DNA from: Candidatus Wirthbacteria bacterium
Lineage (GTDB): Bacteria > Patescibacteriota > CG2-30-54-11
Assembly (NCBI GenBank): GCA_903889905.1
Contig: CAISZI010000028.1
Span: 4,156 to 68,155 of the forward strand
Direction: 5' to 3'
Length of the DNA stretch: 64,000 nucleotides
Made by a program: the position numbers and the translations under genes. Each line of letters begins with the position of its first letter. Within the stretch, counting starts at the first letter, position 1. This document shows, one piece after another, positions 48,791-57,995 of the stretch. The notes beneath the pieces were generated by a model that ran no database searches, had not been told where the DNA came from, and was given only the letters and a program-made list of their open reading frames with translations.

Positions 48791-51700
48791 TTGCCACAAG
48801 CCAAACCAAAACCAAAACTGATTCTCTCGCTGCTCGCTGCCCTGCTGGTTGCGGTGGCTGTGCTTGGCTTCGCGCCTGCATCAAGTCATGCCGCCAATAG
48901 CCCCACCATTGAACCCAATGAAGGCTACGCCGGCATTCCGGTTTCGATCAACGCATCCGGTTTGGGTACGATTGTTGACAAGTACGATGACACCAAAATG
49001 TACGTTGAATTCGTCGACGCAATGGGCACCAAAACCAAAGCTACTGTCACCTATCCGGTAGCCCAAAACTGGAACGATACCAACGTCAATTTTACCGTTC
49101 CCAGCGGCCTTCCCAACAACGCCTATGATGTCTTTGTCGTGAGCAACGGCAACCGGATTGGCCCGCTGAAATTTCACATCATCGCCTATGCCACGCCCGC
49201 CAACGTCAATGGCACGCCGGATTATACATCCGACTACATCATCGCCAACACCCAGAGCATTAACGTGTCTGACGCCATTCGACAGATTGCCCAGGGCTTT
49301 CTGCTACCCAGCAAAGACACCATTATAGAATTGGGCAGCTACCTGCAGGATGCGCTGGTTTTGAAACTAGACCTGGGGTCCTCCGACACGGATGGCAGTG
49401 CTTACAAAAAACTGGAGCCCATCTGGTCAATCAGCCACAACCTCGTCAATAGTCTTTTTTTGCTGGCGATTGTCTTCATTGGCATCATGATCACTCTCCG
49501 CATGCAGAACCGCATCAACCGCTACTGGCTGCGCAACATTATCCCCCGTGGCATTCTGGCACTGGTGCTGATCAATCTCAGCCTGCTCCTGAGCCAGGCG
49601 CTGATGGATTTCTTTGTCATCTTTACCCATGTCATCCGTGATTCATTCTCCACCATGCCTTCGGGCCAGCAGTTTGCGACCGCTTTACTGGGTGATTTGC
49701 GCTTAAACATTTTCGTGCTCGCCATGCTGGCTTTTTATTTGCTCACCATTGCCCTGATGTCATGCGCCCTTGTAATGATGATCCTGCGTACTATTGCCAT
49801 CTGGCTGATGGTCGCGATCGCGCCTTTTGTCTTCATGGGCGTCTTGTTTCCATTTACGAGCCACGCGCCAATTGTCTGGTTGAAACGATTTATGCAAATG
49901 CTGCTGGTGGGTCCAATCGCAACCTTTTTACTATTTATTGGTTACCAACTGAGTATCTCGGTCAAAGCGGATTTTGAAAATGCCGACCTGATCCGGGCTT
50001 TTATTGGTATCGCCACCCTGACATTGCTGTTGTTTATTCCTTCGTTCATTGGCAGCATTTTTGACTATGTCCAAAAAGTTCTCCCAACGAACAAAAATAC
50101 CACCAATAATACCAGCACAACCACCAAAACCTCGAACCAGAACAATCAGGACAACTCTACCTCCATCAAGAATAAAATCGGGCTCCAGGATGGCAGCCTG
50201 GCCGACAAAATCCAGACCATCAAAATTCCGCTCACTGACCAGTTCCAAAAACGCTTCCAGTCGCTGATCAGCGGTAAACCAAACATCAGCACCCCAGCCG
50301 ATTCCGGCACGGCGGCAGTCAATTCCGCCGCATCAGACGCCAGACAGACCGCGACCAATGCCAGCACTGCAAGCTCCAGCGAAGCGACGACGACCGAACG
50401 CAAGCAAGGGCCCAGCCGCGACGACTCCGCCGGCAAACCCCAGATTGACCTGGACCGGGCCAAAGAACAGGCACGCGCCAAGAACAACGTATTGTTTGAC
50501 CAGGCCACCCCCAACAAACTGTTTGATACTGCACCACCGCAACTGGTGATTAACTGGCTGAACGACAAAGGCAAAATCAAAATCGTCAGCGCCGGGCTCG
50601 TGGCAAGCAAAGGCAACCTTGAAAACAACAAAGCCAACGCCATCATCGACAGCCAGCCTGGCAAACAGTTACTTTCCGACATGTATGGCAACGGCAGTAA
50701 AGACGAAAAAAATGCCTCATCGAATTTGATTTCCAATATCTTCCTGGCTTCACCGGACCGGATCAAAACGATCGTTGATGCAACCGGCAACAACGCGCCC
50801 CCGATCAAACAGGCTGCACAAACGGTACTCGAAGCTGGCATCGTTCGTCTGGGCCAACGCCTCCAGGAAAACCCAGGCGATGAAAAACTGCAGAAAGCTG
50901 CCGAACGCGTTGTCATGTCTGCGCCTCATCTGCTCAGTTCCACTCTGGCCAATGTTCCCGACCAGGGTCCTGTGCTAATCAATGCCGGCATTATGGAGCT
51001 GGCGGCAACGCTGGGTGCCACCCTGGCAAAACTGACGGACAGGATTTCACCCCGAGTGATGTTTGCAAACCCGACACCAGACTCCAAGGAATATTTCGAC
51101 GTCGGACAGCTGGCATCACAGATTGTCGTTTATCCCGCATTGCAACTTTCACGACTTGGAACCAGCCATGCCGGCGCCCAGTTCGTGGCCTCTGCCGCAC
51201 TGTCCAACACGCCGCAAAGCACTGAAGTCAAACAAAAACTCGTCGGTGAACTCGAGCAATCCCCCAGTAATATTTCGCTGCAAGCGATTGCCGCCGAAAT
51301 TTTCAAACACACTCCTCCTGCTGCGGTCGCTGCACTGCCTGTCCCCATTGCCACCGCTGCCCGTGAATATTTGAAGTCACCGGCCATGCAGCAAAAACCT
51401 GATCCGGAATTGATCCAGCAATACCTGACTGCGACCAGCGGTCCCGATCTGTTGCAGCACGAATCCCTGAGTGGCAATTTGCTCAAACAACTTAACCTGC
51501 CTGATTTGCTCAAACACATCGGCATTGAAAATCATGACAAAAACACACTTGAATTGCCCAGCAAAATCGTCATGGCTTCCCCGGTTGTCGAGTTGGTAGA
51601 AAAACAAAAAGATTTATTTAATGAATCCCAAAAAACACTTCCCTATCTTGAACCCCAGAATCCCGCACTGGCAGCTGCGACAGCGGTCAAACTGGTCGCC

Positions 51701-52507
51701 GACACGCCAGCTAATTTTCAGCCTGATTTGCATGAGGGCACCCGCGCGCTGGCCAAAAAAACGCTGCAGCATGAAGGTAACCAGGAAAACCTGCCTACCA
51801 CCATGAAGGCCAATGCCGCCCGGAACCTGGGATTGCCTGTAACGGACAGTGCTAACAATACCAATACGCCGGCAGCTGTGCAGGCACTCAAGCAATCGCC
51901 CATGTCCCAACCCAACCCACTTGATACCCAACAATCCGCTGATTTACTCCAATCTGCCAATGCGATTTCCACTGATTTGGCCGCCAAAATAAAGGCTAAT
52001 GCCGCCCGGAACCAGGGATTGCCTGCGACGGACAACACCGAAATTGCCAAAACGCCGGATGCATTGCAGACACTCAAGAATACGCCCATGTCCCAACTCA
52101 AACCACTTGATACCAAACAATCCGCTGATTTACTCCAATACGCGAATGCCAATCCTAATGCGATTTCCCCTGACATGGCTGCAAAAATGGTGATGACTCT
52201 ACCGATCGAAGACCTGGGACGCATACCCCAAACTGTCTCCGCCATGGCCGAGAATCAACTGCAGCACAAAGATTCTTCGCAGCTCACGCATGCAGACATC
52301 GAACTCGCTGCCCGCGTAATTGCCGCCACGCCCAAACCCACGCTCTCCAGCCTCCAGTCAAACACGTTCAAAGTTGGTGCGCAGCTTTCTGGCCAGGATT
52401 TAAGCCAGGCCACCCGCGACCAGGTGCAGATTACCCTCTCCGCAGAACTTGAAAAAATGATCGCCCCCCAGAAGTCGCCATTGAACGATCCCGAACTCAA
52501 CACTTAA
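48791..52507 (+). CDS. Paralog of the VirB6/TrbL-like giant membrane protein (1238 aa), with a signal peptide, an IPT/TIG-like Ig-fold N-domain, a ~7-TM bundle and a ~780-aa low-complexity C-terminal tail. It has a TTG start.
   Basis: The signal peptide is LILSLLAALLVAVAVLGFAPASSHA. The N-domain motifs PTIEPNEGYAGIPVSINASGLG...VTYPV...FTVPSGLPNNAYDVFVVSNG fit an IPT/TIG fold. The TM motifs MMILRTIAIWLMVAIAPF and FIGIATLTLLLFIPSFIGSIF match MLIVRTAAMWLLIIGSPF and LIGIATFTLMLLSPSFLSFF in the protein at 9646-15387. Confidence 0.5.
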   Translation: MPQAKPKPKLILSLLAALLVAVAVLGFAPASSHAANSPTIEPNEGYAGIPVSINASGLGTIVDKYDDTKMYVEFVDAMGTKTKATVTYPVAQNWNDTNVNFTVPSGLPNNAYDVFVVSNGNRIGPLKFHIIAYATPANVNGTPDYTSDYIIANTQSINVSDAIRQIAQGFLLPSKDTIIELGSYLQDALVLKLDLGSSDTDGSAYKKLEPIWSISHNLVNSLFLLAIVFIGIMITLRMQNRINRYWLRNIIPRGILALVLINLSLLLSQALMDFFVIFTHVIRDSFSTMPSGQQFATALLGDLRLNIFVLAMLAFYLLTIALMSCALVMMILRTIAIWLMVAIAPFVFMGVLFPFTSHAPIVWLKRFMQMLLVGPIATFLLFIGYQLSISVKADFENADLIRAFIGIATLTLLLFIPSFIGSIFDYVQKVLPTNKNTTNNTSTTTKTSNQNNQDNSTSIKNKIGLQDGSLADKIQTIKIPLTDQFQKRFQSLISGKPNISTPADSGTAAVNSAASDARQTATNASTASSSEATTTERKQGPSRDDSAGKPQIDLDRAKEQARAKNNVLFDQATPNKLFDTAPPQLVINWLNDKGKIKIVSAGLVASKGNLENNKANAIIDSQPGKQLLSDMYGNGSKDEKNASSNLISNIFLASPDRIKTIVDATGNNAPPIKQAAQTVLEAGIVRLGQRLQENPGDEKLQKAAERVVMSAPHLLSSTLANVPDQGPVLINAGIMELAATLGATLAKLTDRISPRVMFANPTPDSKEYFDVGQLASQIVVYPALQLSRLGTSHAGAQFVASAALSNTPQSTEVKQKLVGELEQSPSNISLQAIAAEIFKHTPPAAVAALPVPIATAAREYLKSPAMQQKPDPELIQQYLTATSGPDLLQHESLSGNLLKQLNLPDLLKHIGIENHDKNTLELPSKIVMASPVVELVEKQKDLFNESQKTLPYLEPQNPALAAATAVKLVADTPANFQPDLHEGTRALAKKTLQHEGNQENLPTTMKANAARNLGLPVTDSANNTNTPAAVQALKQSPMSQPNPLDTQQSADLLQSANAISTDLAAKIKANAARNQGLPATDNTEIAKTPDALQTLKNTPMSQLKPLDTKQSADLLQYANANPNAISPDMAAKMVMTLPIEDLGRIPQTVSAMAENQLQHKDSSQLTHADIELAARVIAATPKPTLSSLQSNTFKVGAQLSGQDLSQATRDQVQITLSAELEKMIAPQKSPLNDPELNT
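51806..52190 (+). repeat. Intragenic tandem repeat with two ~186-bp units, in the tail of the second VirB6-like protein
   Basis: aaggccaatgccgcccggaacctgggattgcct... at 51806 is repeated at 51992 as aaggctaatgccgcccggaaccagggattgcct.... The encoded unit is KANAARN(L/Q)GLP(V/A)TD...(L/K)PLDT(Q/K)QSADLLQ(S/Y)AN. Confidence 0.75.
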
Positions 52508-52531
52508 GCATCCATCTAAACACACGTTGCT

Positions 52532-52587
52532 CACAAACACTGGTTTGGTTTTTTCCATAACGCGGAAAAACCAAACCAGTGTTTGTG
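52532..52587 (+). terminator. Near-perfect 24-bp stem-loop (CACAAACACTGGTTTGGTTTTTTCC-ataacgc-GGAAAAACCAAACCAGTGTTTGTG) between the two genes of module 2; terminator or attenuator
   Basis: The inverted repeat can be read directly from the sequence and differs between arms only by one extra T in the left arm. It begins 25 nt after the stop at 52507 and lies upstream of a candidate promoter and the GGGAG Shine-Dalgarno of the next gene. Confidence 0.55.
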
Positions 52588-52606
52588 ATTGGCAATGAAA
52601 GGACAT

Positions 52607-52634
52607 TGCAGGTTCCCCTCAGCTATGAAATAAT
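52607..52634 (+). promoter_or_regulatory. Weak candidate promoter (TTGCAG, 16-17-nt spacer, AATAAT) plus an AAAGGGAG Shine-Dalgarno for the 52670 gene
   Basis: ttgcag at 52607-52612 and aataat at about 52629-52634. The Shine-Dalgarno aaagggag ends 6 nt before the ATG at 52670. Confidence 0.3.
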
Positions 52635-52669
52635 CCCTTTTGGCTGGTTATCAAAAAGGGAGAAACTAA

Positions 52670-55600
52670 ATGGGTTTCAAGAAATGTCTTTATCTTGCCT
52701 GCAGCGTTTGCATAGCCGGGTCCATTGCTGCCACTTTTTGGGTAACCAATCCTTTTGCGACAGAAGCGGCCAGCACGTCGGCTTACCGTTGCCAGATCAC
52801 GACCATCACTGGCAAAATCTTCAGCAGTACCAATTTGGATGGAGTGTCAGGCCAATTCAAACTTCATCTCTCCGACGACACCCATGAATTGGTCAATGCC
52901 ACGGCGCTAACCGGAAATAGCTACACAATCCCACTCACCGGCCCGGGCATCACAGCTGATACAGCCAACCAATGGTACTTGTCGCTGGCTTCAGAGGATA
53001 ATACGCCACTCCCGATTCGAATCAGCAACGAAGGACTGTTCGAAGAAATGCAAATCAGCTCTGAAGCCGACCTCAAATACAAACTCTCCCAGGAAGTACT
53101 GAATTTCTGGTGTACAAGTCAGGTTTACAACAATGGCAAACTTACCCTGAACATCAAAATTCCCGGCCTGGTGCAGGGCTGGAAACTGGACAAACCCGAT
53201 ATCACCGTCAACCTGATCAGCCGTTACAACAATCTCACCCCGGACTTGATTGCCGCCCAGCATGGCAGCATCGCCAACAAAACCGACACCAATGGCAATG
53301 CCGTCACCGCGCTGTGGGATTTTGATCCAGCGCTGGATTACTACACGATTTTACGTGACAAAAGCGGCACGTATTACCACATCAACCCGACGGGGGCGGA
53401 GGCACAAGCCATTTTTGGCACGCCACTAAGTGAAGTACTGCCAGGGCAGTATCGTATTGCGCATATCTCAAACTGGATGGTCAACAACAATCTGGTCAAA
53501 ACCAAACCGCTCGAAATCACGCTGGGTGAAGCGGTCAACACCGGTAGCGTCACCGGTACCGTGGACTCGACATCGAACTTCACCGCCAACACGCGCCTCA
53601 AAGCCTACATTGGCAACATTTTTGCCCAAAACAGTGCCCCACTTGGGACCTCGCTCAAGTCCAGCAATTATACACTGAATCCTTTGGCCAAGAGTAATAA
53701 CTATACCTTTCTGGTTTCCAGTAAAGTTAATAACACTTTCCAGTGCTACGCCATCACCCAGTACAAACTGCAGGGCACCGCTCACACCGTCCCTGCGACC
53801 CAGCCAGACCCCTGGAAATTGAATCTGAGTGGCGCTGACATGACCACTGCCGCAATCCTCGACTTGAGCATTGATGCCAACAAAACTACCGATTGCAGCA
53901 GCTATGTCAAAACAGGAAACGATAACGCACCCGGCAGCCCAGATCCGGACGATCAGGCGGGCAAACCAACCGTCCTGCCCATTTCCATACCCATGACCTC
54001 ACCTCTTGGCGAAAACCGCCAGTGCAATCCCCTGCCTGACACTGCCTATGACTGGGGGACATGGAGTGGTTTCACCAACCCGATGGGTATTCATTTGCTC
54101 AATCAAGACGACCAATCACTCCTCAATCAGGATCTCACGGCTGCCGCTCAAGTAGTCGGCCCCCGGGGTTTTATGAAAAACATCTGGTATCCGATCATGG
54201 GTTTCGTGGGTGGGAGTTGCCCGTTTGGTGACTGCGGCGTGTGGCGTAATGGCAGCGCTCCTGCCGGACAGGTTTGTGCCAGCTGGGGTGTGCGCTTTGC
54301 CGCCGTCTCGCTGTTGAGCGGTGAAATCCCCCTGATTCGCCTGGCGACCCAAAACCTCCCTGCCGGTTATTGGCAGTCCCCATCTCAGGCTGGTCTGATT
54401 CCACGTGATATCGGCAGCAATATTATTTTTTACACTGCCAACAAAGAGTTTTTGCCTGAGCGTTATAGTGGCGGTCGCCAGGGTGGAATCGAAAAAGCAC
54501 CCATCCTGTTTGAGGTATTTAACGAAGTCAACCTGCCGGGTGAATGGGGCAATGCTATTGATGCCAAAGGGTATGCCGATTTCCTGGTTGGCACGTACCA
54601 GACTTTGCATGATGCCATCAACATCGGCCGCAACCCCTTTGACGGCACCAAGCAGGATCACGATGCCAACGCCGAATACCAGAACGTTTATGTCCTAAAT
54701 GCAGGGCTCACCCCATTTAATGGCACGAATGGCAAGACGTCATTGGACTACATTCTTGACATGTACAACGCCAATAGATCATTCCTGAGTTCCTTTGACA
54801 TCTGGGCCAGCCAGGGCAAACTGAGTTCCGATGCCTCCCATTTTGTGCCACTGGAAGGTGTTTCCTATCCAAGCATCCTGACCCCCAGCGTAACCGTCAC
54901 CAACCCATTTACCGATCCCGACTACAACTGCAACAATTATCCTGCCACCGCTTCAGCTACTGACCTGCCTGGCCTGGTGGCCAAGATGAACAGCGTCATG
55001 TTGCGCGGTGGTTTTGGTTCTACCGAATACCATCCCCTGGAATACAAACTCGAACTCTGTCTGCTCAAACGCATGATGAAAATTGAAAGCCTTGGCCAAC
55101 CCCGGATTGATAACCTCAAAGCGTTCCTGGTCGAAGCCGGTTATGCCAACACAGTACCCAATGCCGCGAGCTGGACCCGCAAAGCTGCTGACGCCTGGGC
55201 GACCCAATCCGACCTAGTGGGTTGGACATTCTGGATGTGGAAACAAACCACCCTGACCCATGTCACCAACTGGGGTGACTGGGCGTGGACGGCTCCGATG
55301 ATCGCGGCGATGAATGGATTCCAGGGAGCCAAAACAACTGGGATGACGATCGTCAAAGGTGACGGCAGAAGCCAACAGTTCAGTGCTGCTACGACTCCTC
55401 CCCCGGGGGCGCCAGCGGTCAGCTCAGGCCCGGCGATTCAGCCCGACAATGCCAGCGCTCCGGCGCTGGGTACAGGCCAGGGTGCCAATAGCGGCCAGCA
55501 GGAAACACTTACCATCAACCTCGTCAATCAGACCAACAACGCTTTGAATGTGCGCCCACTCGAAGGCAACGGTACTGTTCCTAACAACGTCAACTGCAGT

Positions 55601-57142
55601 TTATTCTCGGCAAGCGGCATGCGAGTGACAGCTCAAAGCAACCCAACTAACGCCGTGGCTGTCATCAATATCACCAAAGCCAACCTTGCCTCCACGCAAA
55701 TCAGTGTGCAGCCACTAGTCGCAGCAACAGGAACCATTGGCTATGTTTACAGTCTGAGCAACCTGAGCAATGTTACAGGAACATCGTTAACGCTGACCTT
55801 CAGCCAAAGTGGTAATAGCTGGAGCCTCACTCCACCTGCGGCTAACGGAAGCCAGTTGCAGCCGCTCACACCCACTTGTACCGGACTTACCGTAGGCACC
55901 CAGACCGGCAATCTGTTGATCTCCACTTTACGCAACTTGCCCCATCTGTTTGACACAGCCTTTGCCGATATCAATCAAGCCGCACGCATGCCCTGGGGAA
56001 CGACCGCCAGTGGTGAACTGTTTTTACAACCAACAGACAAAGCCGTTGTCCTGGAACTCAAACAATCCAAGTCCGCCTTCAAAACTCTCGATTTTGACTA
56101 TCGGGCACCGCTTGCAACGAGTCCTGCCATGACATTTCAGGTACTTATTTCCACGGCTGACTCAACCAGCATTGCCTACACACCCAAAACCGGCAGCACT
56201 TCACCGGGCCTCTGGATCAGTGCCAATGACCAAAACGGCACCTCCAAGTCTGGCTTTACCCAGGATGGCAAAATCGACTTGTCTTCCTTTCTGGGCCAGG
56301 ACATTGCGATTCGCTTTGTGGCATCCTACCCGGACAAACATGCACCCACTTCTATAGATCTCCCCAATCATGCTCTTTTCCTGCGCCAGGTTCTTTTTCA
56401 TGCCAATGATGCCAGCACCGGTCTTGCCTACTTCAACACCACCAGCAGCCTGCAAACCATTAGCCTCTTTAACAGCCAGGTACGGTCTTACTTGAGTACT
56501 GATCCAACCTTACCCGGCGACGCGGCGGTGACAACCCTTGATGACCTCGTGTCTGCAGGCATTGGTACTCCTGATGGCGCGGGCAAAAACCAGCATGGTC
56601 AGGTGAGCCATCAAATGACAGGTTCTCTCTGCGATCAGGTACATGAGAATGTCTGGGGCCTTACGCCCAACACCTCAACGGACGCGACGTACATTGATTT
56701 TGATTTCAGCAAACAATCCGGTTCCACAGTACAGGGCATGTCCTTTGGTACTGGCGGTGATTGCGGGAGTGGCCCCACAGACAACACCAAACTGACGATC
56801 GCAGCCATCATGCTCGACAACAATGGTATTCCTGACCCGACCCAGACACACATTCTCTGGAGCCGTGACCGTTTCAGCTCCTGGCAATCTGACTACCTTG
56901 ATTTGCAGCAGTATCAGGGCCACAAATTCATCCTGCGCATCTCCGCCGCTGCCCTTAGTGACACTAAGGTTACGACCGCCTTTATTGACAAACTGCGCAT
57001 CAGCCACGGAGACCTCTCTGGTGCTGTGGGGGCGCTCATCCCGAGTCTTGGCATTGTCACGTTTATCCTGCCCATCATCGGGTTGATCCTGCTGGTTGGC
57101 CTGTTGGCCGGTTGGTTGATCACACGCCGCAAACGCAAATAA
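52670..57142 (+). CDS. Giant (1490 aa) secreted surface protein with an N-terminal signal peptide, a C-terminal TM helix plus RRKRK tail, and a possible clan GH-A glycoside-hydrolase-like segment
   Basis: The signal peptide is MGFKKCLYLACSVCIAGSIAATFWVTNPFATEAAS. The C-terminus is ALIPSLGIVTFILPIIGLILLVGLLAGWLITRRKRK. The motif APILFEVFNEVNLPGEWG at nt ~54500-54550 resembles the strand-4 NEP acid/base motif of clan GH-A hydrolases; this is weak evidence from pattern only. Confidence 0.8.
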   Translation: MGFKKCLYLACSVCIAGSIAATFWVTNPFATEAASTSAYRCQITTITGKIFSSTNLDGVSGQFKLHLSDDTHELVNATALTGNSYTIPLTGPGITADTANQWYLSLASEDNTPLPIRISNEGLFEEMQISSEADLKYKLSQEVLNFWCTSQVYNNGKLTLNIKIPGLVQGWKLDKPDITVNLISRYNNLTPDLIAAQHGSIANKTDTNGNAVTALWDFDPALDYYTILRDKSGTYYHINPTGAEAQAIFGTPLSEVLPGQYRIAHISNWMVNNNLVKTKPLEITLGEAVNTGSVTGTVDSTSNFTANTRLKAYIGNIFAQNSAPLGTSLKSSNYTLNPLAKSNNYTFLVSSKVNNTFQCYAITQYKLQGTAHTVPATQPDPWKLNLSGADMTTAAILDLSIDANKTTDCSSYVKTGNDNAPGSPDPDDQAGKPTVLPISIPMTSPLGENRQCNPLPDTAYDWGTWSGFTNPMGIHLLNQDDQSLLNQDLTAAAQVVGPRGFMKNIWYPIMGFVGGSCPFGDCGVWRNGSAPAGQVCASWGVRFAAVSLLSGEIPLIRLATQNLPAGYWQSPSQAGLIPRDIGSNIIFYTANKEFLPERYSGGRQGGIEKAPILFEVFNEVNLPGEWGNAIDAKGYADFLVGTYQTLHDAINIGRNPFDGTKQDHDANAEYQNVYVLNAGLTPFNGTNGKTSLDYILDMYNANRSFLSSFDIWASQGKLSSDASHFVPLEGVSYPSILTPSVTVTNPFTDPDYNCNNYPATASATDLPGLVAKMNSVMLRGGFGSTEYHPLEYKLELCLLKRMMKIESLGQPRIDNLKAFLVEAGYANTVPNAASWTRKAADAWATQSDLVGWTFWMWKQTTLTHVTNWGDWAWTAPMIAAMNGFQGAKTTGMTIVKGDGRSQQFSAATTPPPGAPAVSSGPAIQPDNASAPALGTGQGANSGQQETLTINLVNQTNNALNVRPLEGNGTVPNNVNCSLFSASGMRVTAQSNPTNAVAVINITKANLASTQISVQPLVAATGTIGYVYSLSNLSNVTGTSLTLTFSQSGNSWSLTPPAANGSQLQPLTPTCTGLTVGTQTGNLLISTLRNLPHLFDTAFADINQAARMPWGTTASGELFLQPTDKAVVLELKQSKSAFKTLDFDYRAPLATSPAMTFQVLISTADSTSIAYTPKTGSTSPGLWISANDQNGTSKSGFTQDGKIDLSSFLGQDIAIRFVASYPDKHAPTSIDLPNHALFLRQVLFHANDASTGLAYFNTTSSLQTISLFNSQVRSYLSTDPTLPGDAAVTTLDDLVSAGIGTPDGAGKNQHGQVSHQMTGSLCDQVHENVWGLTPNTSTDATYIDFDFSKQSGSTVQGMSFGTGGDCGSGPTDNTKLTIAAIMLDNNGIPDPTQTHILWSRDRFSSWQSDYLDLQQYQGHKFILRISAAALSDTKVTTAFIDKLRISHGDLSGAVGALIPSLGIVTFILPIIGLILLVGLLAGWLITRRKRK

Positions 57143-57167
57143 ATCTCCTCTGCCTCTCCGTCTGTCC

Positions 57168-57201
57168 AAAAAAGTCCACCAATAGTATTGGTGGACTTTT
57201 T
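57168..57201. terminator. Bidirectional intrinsic terminator between the convergent 52670-57142 gene and tal
   Basis: aaaaaaGTCCACCAATAgtATTGGTGGACttttt is a perfect 10-bp stem flanked by an A6 run and a T5 run. Confidence 0.7.
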
Positions 57202-57223
57202 GATTAACCTGACTAAGTGGCGG

Positions 57224-57871
57224 CTATTTTTTGGTTTTGTTCCAGTCAGCCAAAAATTTTTCCAGTCCGGCGTCGGTCAACTGATGTTTAATCATTTGTT
57301 TAAACACTTTGTATGGGATGGTAGCCACGTGTGAGCCAACCAAAGCGGCATCGGTGACATGTTTGACGGAACGGATACTGGCGGCGATCACCTGGGTATC
57401 CAAATCATGGGTTTCAAAAATCGCCACAATATCCGATACAAGTTGAATGCCGTCTTCACCAATATCCTCCATCCGCCCCAGGAACGGGCTGCAATACGTC
57501 GCTCCGGCTCGCGCCACCAGCAACGCCTGGGCAGGCGAAAAAATCAGTGTTGCATTGATCTTGATTCCTTCTTTGGACAATACGGCAATGGCTTTGAGGC
57601 CTTCGGGAATGGTCGGAATTTTGACCACAATATTGGGGTGCCACTTGGCGTACTCGCGGCCTTCTTTGATCATGCCAGCGGCATCCGTACTTACCACTTC
57701 CGCACTGATAGCACCATCCACAATTCCGGTAATTTCCGTGATCAGTGTCTTGAAATCTTTACCCGATTCCTTGGAGATCAACGACGGATTAGTCGTTACC
57801 CCGGCGAGCACTCCCCAGCTGGCAATTTCCTTGATCTCGTCGATGTTGGCTGTGTCGATGAAGAATTTCAT
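57224..57871 (-). CDS. tal: Transaldolase / fructose-6-phosphate aldolase family (short Tal)
   Basis: [34 protein letters not shown] is the typical N-terminus of the FSA/TalC subfamily. Confidence 0.88.
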   Translation of the reverse strand: MKFFIDTANIDEIKEIASWGVLAGVTTNPSLISKESGKDFKTLITEITGIVDGAISAEVVSTDAAGMIKEGREYAKWHPNIVVKIPTIPEGLKAIAVLSKEGIKINATLIFSPAQALLVARAGATYCSPFLGRMEDIGEDGIQLVSDIVAIFETHDLDTQVIAASIRSVKHVTDAALVGSHVATIPYKVFKQMIKHQLTDAGLEKFLADWNKTKK

Positions 57872-57899
57872 CCTACGCTCCGATTAAAAAATAAAATCT

Positions 57900-57985
57900 T
57901 CCTCTCCCCCTTGGGGGGAAAGCCAGAGAGAGGGAAAAAGACTTAAGCATTCCCCTCTCCTTATTTCTCCCCCAAAGGGGCAGAC
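57900..57985. terminator. Cluster of C-run/G-run hairpins (TCCCCC-ttgg-GGGGGA and CTCCCCC-aaa-GGGG) between tal and cvpA
   Basis: Inverted repeats read directly from the sequence. They belong to the same hairpin style as those at 30357-30425 and 61690-61765. Confidence 0.4.
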
Positions 57986-57995
57986 AATTGAGGGA

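Noticed and set aside
50146-50916. 256-aa minus-strand ORF inside the second VirB6-like gene
   Set aside because: Antisense to a 3.7-kb ORF, in a low-complexity Q/N/A-rich region that generates long open reverse frames.
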